Positions 62,016-64,000 of a stretch of 64,000 nucleotides of DNA are shown piece by piece. Position 1 is the first letter of the stretch, and every line of letters begins with the position of its first letter. The stretch is taken from the NCBI GenBank assembly GCA_977020255.1, contig CDROCS010002105.1:1-64000 (forward strand), given 5' to 3'. Source of the stretch: Obrimoposthia wandeli. Lineage: Eukaryota. The position numbers and the translations under genes are program-made. The notes under the pieces are model-generated. The model was not told where the DNA came from and did no database searches. It saw only the letters and a list, made by a program, of their open reading frames with translations.

Positions 62016-63150
62016 TGGGTATAGCCCCCATCATGCTGAAATCAACAATTTCTTCGCCCTGTTCTAAACCAGAAAGTACTTCAACATTGATACCATCAGA
62101 CAAGCCTAATTTTACTGGTGCGGTATGGAAGCCCTGTTCTGATTGATCAGGGATCAATACTTCAGGGTTATTGCCTGTAAATTGCAAAGCGCGTTCTGGA
62201 ATTGTTGTGATTTTGTCCGCTTTTTTGAGAGTGATTTGCGCGGTTGCAGAAAAACCAGAACGGATAGTGAGACCTTCTGGAAACAGAATCTTATTTACTT
62301 CAACTTGGAAACCATTATCAAAACTGCGCTGTGCGGTTGTTGTGGTTTGTTGTGATGAATTCAGTTTTTCAGATTGCACCGCTACTTTGCTTAATATACC
62401 GATAATTTCTATTTCTGGGTAAGGGGCTAATGTCATGGTAACGGGCATACCGACGTGCAATTGCGCTGCGTCATGTTCACTCACACTGCCTTTAAATATC
62501 ATGTCGTTCATATTGGCTAGCGACATCATCTGCGTGGCAGATTGACTTGATTCTGTTGAAATAATGGGTTCGCCCACTTCAACATTTAAGCTCAATACTG
62601 TGCCTGTAATCGGAGCAACAATGGTCGAGGTCAATTTGGATTCACCCACTGATGATTCACCGCTGCGGATCAAATCTAAGTTCTGCTGTTTTTGCTGTAG
62701 GTTGGCGTTGTTTTGGCGTACATCAGCTTTGGCTTGAATATAGTCACCGTAATTTTTAGGAATCACTTGGTTTTTGACTAGGCGTTCAAGGTTAGCGAGC
62801 TTTTGTTTCGATGATTCTAATTGTGCCTGACTCGACATTAATTCAGTAATGGCTTGGGTTAATCGTTGCGGTGTCGGGTTCGGACGTATTTTAATTAGCG
62901 GTGTACCCGCTTTTACTTCTTCACCCACATGATGAAAAATCTCGCCAACAATACCTTCAATTTGAGATTTAATTTGAACAGAATGTGCCGGAACAATTTG
63001 CCCAACTGCGATTGCTTGCTTTTCGATAGTACCTATTTCAGCAGTAATCAGAGGCAGTGAAGGTGTACTGCCATCTTTAGTGCTGAAGTAATAGCCAGCA
63101 CCTACCGTGATCGCTGTTGTAATAGCAGCCGCAATCCAGCGTTTTTTCAT
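62008..63150 (-). CDS. MacA-like membrane fusion protein
   Basis: IKSQIEGIV, IVAPITGTV, VSEHD, VKLGLSDG. Confidence 0.92.
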   Translation of the reverse strand: MKKRWIAAAITTAITVGAGYYFSTKDGSTPSLPLITAEIGTIEKQAIAVGQIVPAHSVQIKSQIEGIVGEIFHHVGEEVKAGTPLIKIRPNPTPQRLTQAITELMSSQAQLESSKQKLANLERLVKNQVIPKNYGDYIQAKADVRQNNANLQQKQQNLDLIRSGESSVGESKLTSTIVAPITGTVLSLNVEVGEPIISTESSQSATQMMSLANMNDMIFKGSVSEHDAAQLHVGMPVTMTLAPYPEIEIIGILSKVAVQSEKLNSSQQTTTTAQRSFDNGFQVEVNKILFPEGLTIRSGFSATAQITLKKADKITTIPERALQFTGNNPEVLIPDQSEQGFHTAPVKLGLSDGINVEVLSGLEQGEEIVDFSMMGAIPNA

Positions 63151-63408
63151 AATATTATCCGTTTAAAGGCGAGTATTCATAGGGTTATTGGGATATCAGA
63201 CCTTAGCGCCTGATTAAAGTTCACGTCAATAATACATCGTGCAATATTGAAGTGTACAATAATGTTCCATGCAAAAATAGATGTCATGTATGAATGTGAA
63301 AAAAGTGAAGTAATAGAATTCTTGCTAAATCAATGTTCAGAAACTTTAATCGCAAAATGAGTAGGTACTTGTCACGATTGATATTGATAGGGTGTTGATA
63401 AGATGAAT

Positions 63409-63429
63409 TACGCCCCAGATAGGGGCGTA
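63409..63429 (-). terminator. GC-rich hairpin downstream of the ABC ATPase gene
   Basis: tacgcccc-agata-ggggcgta; weak U tract. Confidence 0.4.
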
Positions 63430-63463
63430 GAATAATGTTGCCATTTATCGTGTTAAAGATAAT

Positions 63464-64000
63464 TTACGCATCAGAAGGCAATAAGAAGATTCCTGTGGGG
63501 TTAACCGTCAAATAAGCATGGTCAGATAAATTGGCATCAAATTGTGACGAGTTCAGTTGCAGCAATAATTCTTGATCATGCCATGTTACAGAAACTTCGT
63601 ACATTGAGCCCATGTACACCACATTATTAACGATACATTGTTGGCTGGGTTCGCCCTCGTTGGTTAATAAAATAGCTTCAGGCCTTATTCCTATTTGATA
63701 ATCACCTTCAGCTTTGCCTTGAACAACTTCTGGGTCGGCTGGAATGCAGTAACCGTTGATGTTTAATTGCCCACCGTCAAAACGGCCCGTAAAAATGTTC
63801 GCATCACCCATGAAGTTTGCCATGAACATTGATGAGGGTGTTTTATATAAATCATCCGGAGAGCCTTGCTGCATGATCTCGCCGTCTTTCATTACGATAA
63901 CGGTATCAGAGACAGCGAAAGCTTCTGTTTGATCATGCGTTACGTATAAAGAGGTAATATTGAAACGCTGCTGAAGATCGCGGATTGTCTCGCGCATACT
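63464..64000 (-). CDS. C-terminal part of an FbpC/AfuC-like ABC ATP-binding protein (truncated at the window edge)
   Basis: ITSLYVTHDQTEAFAVSD, P.S.FMANFMG, IRPE, TOBE-like end. Confidence 0.85.
   Translation of the reverse strand, partial: SMRETIRDLQQRFNITSLYVTHDQTEAFAVSDTVIVMKDGEIMQQGSPDDLYKTPSSMFMANFMGDANIFTGRFDGGQLNINGYCIPADPEVVQGKAEGDYQIGIRPEAILLTNEGEPSQQCIVNNVVYMGSMYEVSVTWHDQELLLQLNSSQFDANLSDHAYLTVNPTGIFLLPSDA

Noticed and set aside
1-64000. rRNA, tRNA or known riboswitches
   Set aside because: No recognisable sequences seen by eye; an Infernal/Rfam scan would be needed to exclude them

Overview
This window looks like a Vibrionaceae secondary-chromosome segment. That is an inference from gene content: cqsAS, betIBA-proXWV, a stand-alone nagB and mtlADR. 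Layout from left to right: (1) 1-4.3 kb is an AT-rich accessory patch with a Fur-boxed 28-aa hydrophobic small ORF, other small ORFs, IS remnants and an E. coli-type higBA pair with two operator palindromes. (2) A DEAD-box helicase. (3) A type I secretion operon (Hpt, HlyD, hybrid sensor, TolC, two ABC proteins) that is divergent from a ~13.2 kb cadherin-like repeat adhesin gene. The adhesin has 17 copies of a 291-bp unit plus a 2.85-kb higher-order duplication, and its frameshifts sit only in the repeats, so they are probably assembly errors. (4) A coiled-coil protein, VanZ, an MCP and cqsA/cqsS. (5) betIBA-proXWV followed by a eukaryote-like choline/carnitine O-acyltransferase. (6) nagB, mtlADR, a Lon-like protease, a TPR-GAF-GGDEF protein, YddG, a MacAB-TolC-like efflux operon and a partial AfuC/FbpC ATPase. 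Two leads stand out. First, the acyltransferase lacks the carnitine-carboxylate-binding residues and resembles choline acetyltransferase, and it sits at the end of a choline-uptake operon. Second, the T1SS operon embeds a His-to-Tyr pseudokinase, an intact receiver domain and an Hpt protein, and both of its ABC ATPases have degenerate motifs. No database searches were run; family assignments rest on recognised motifs.
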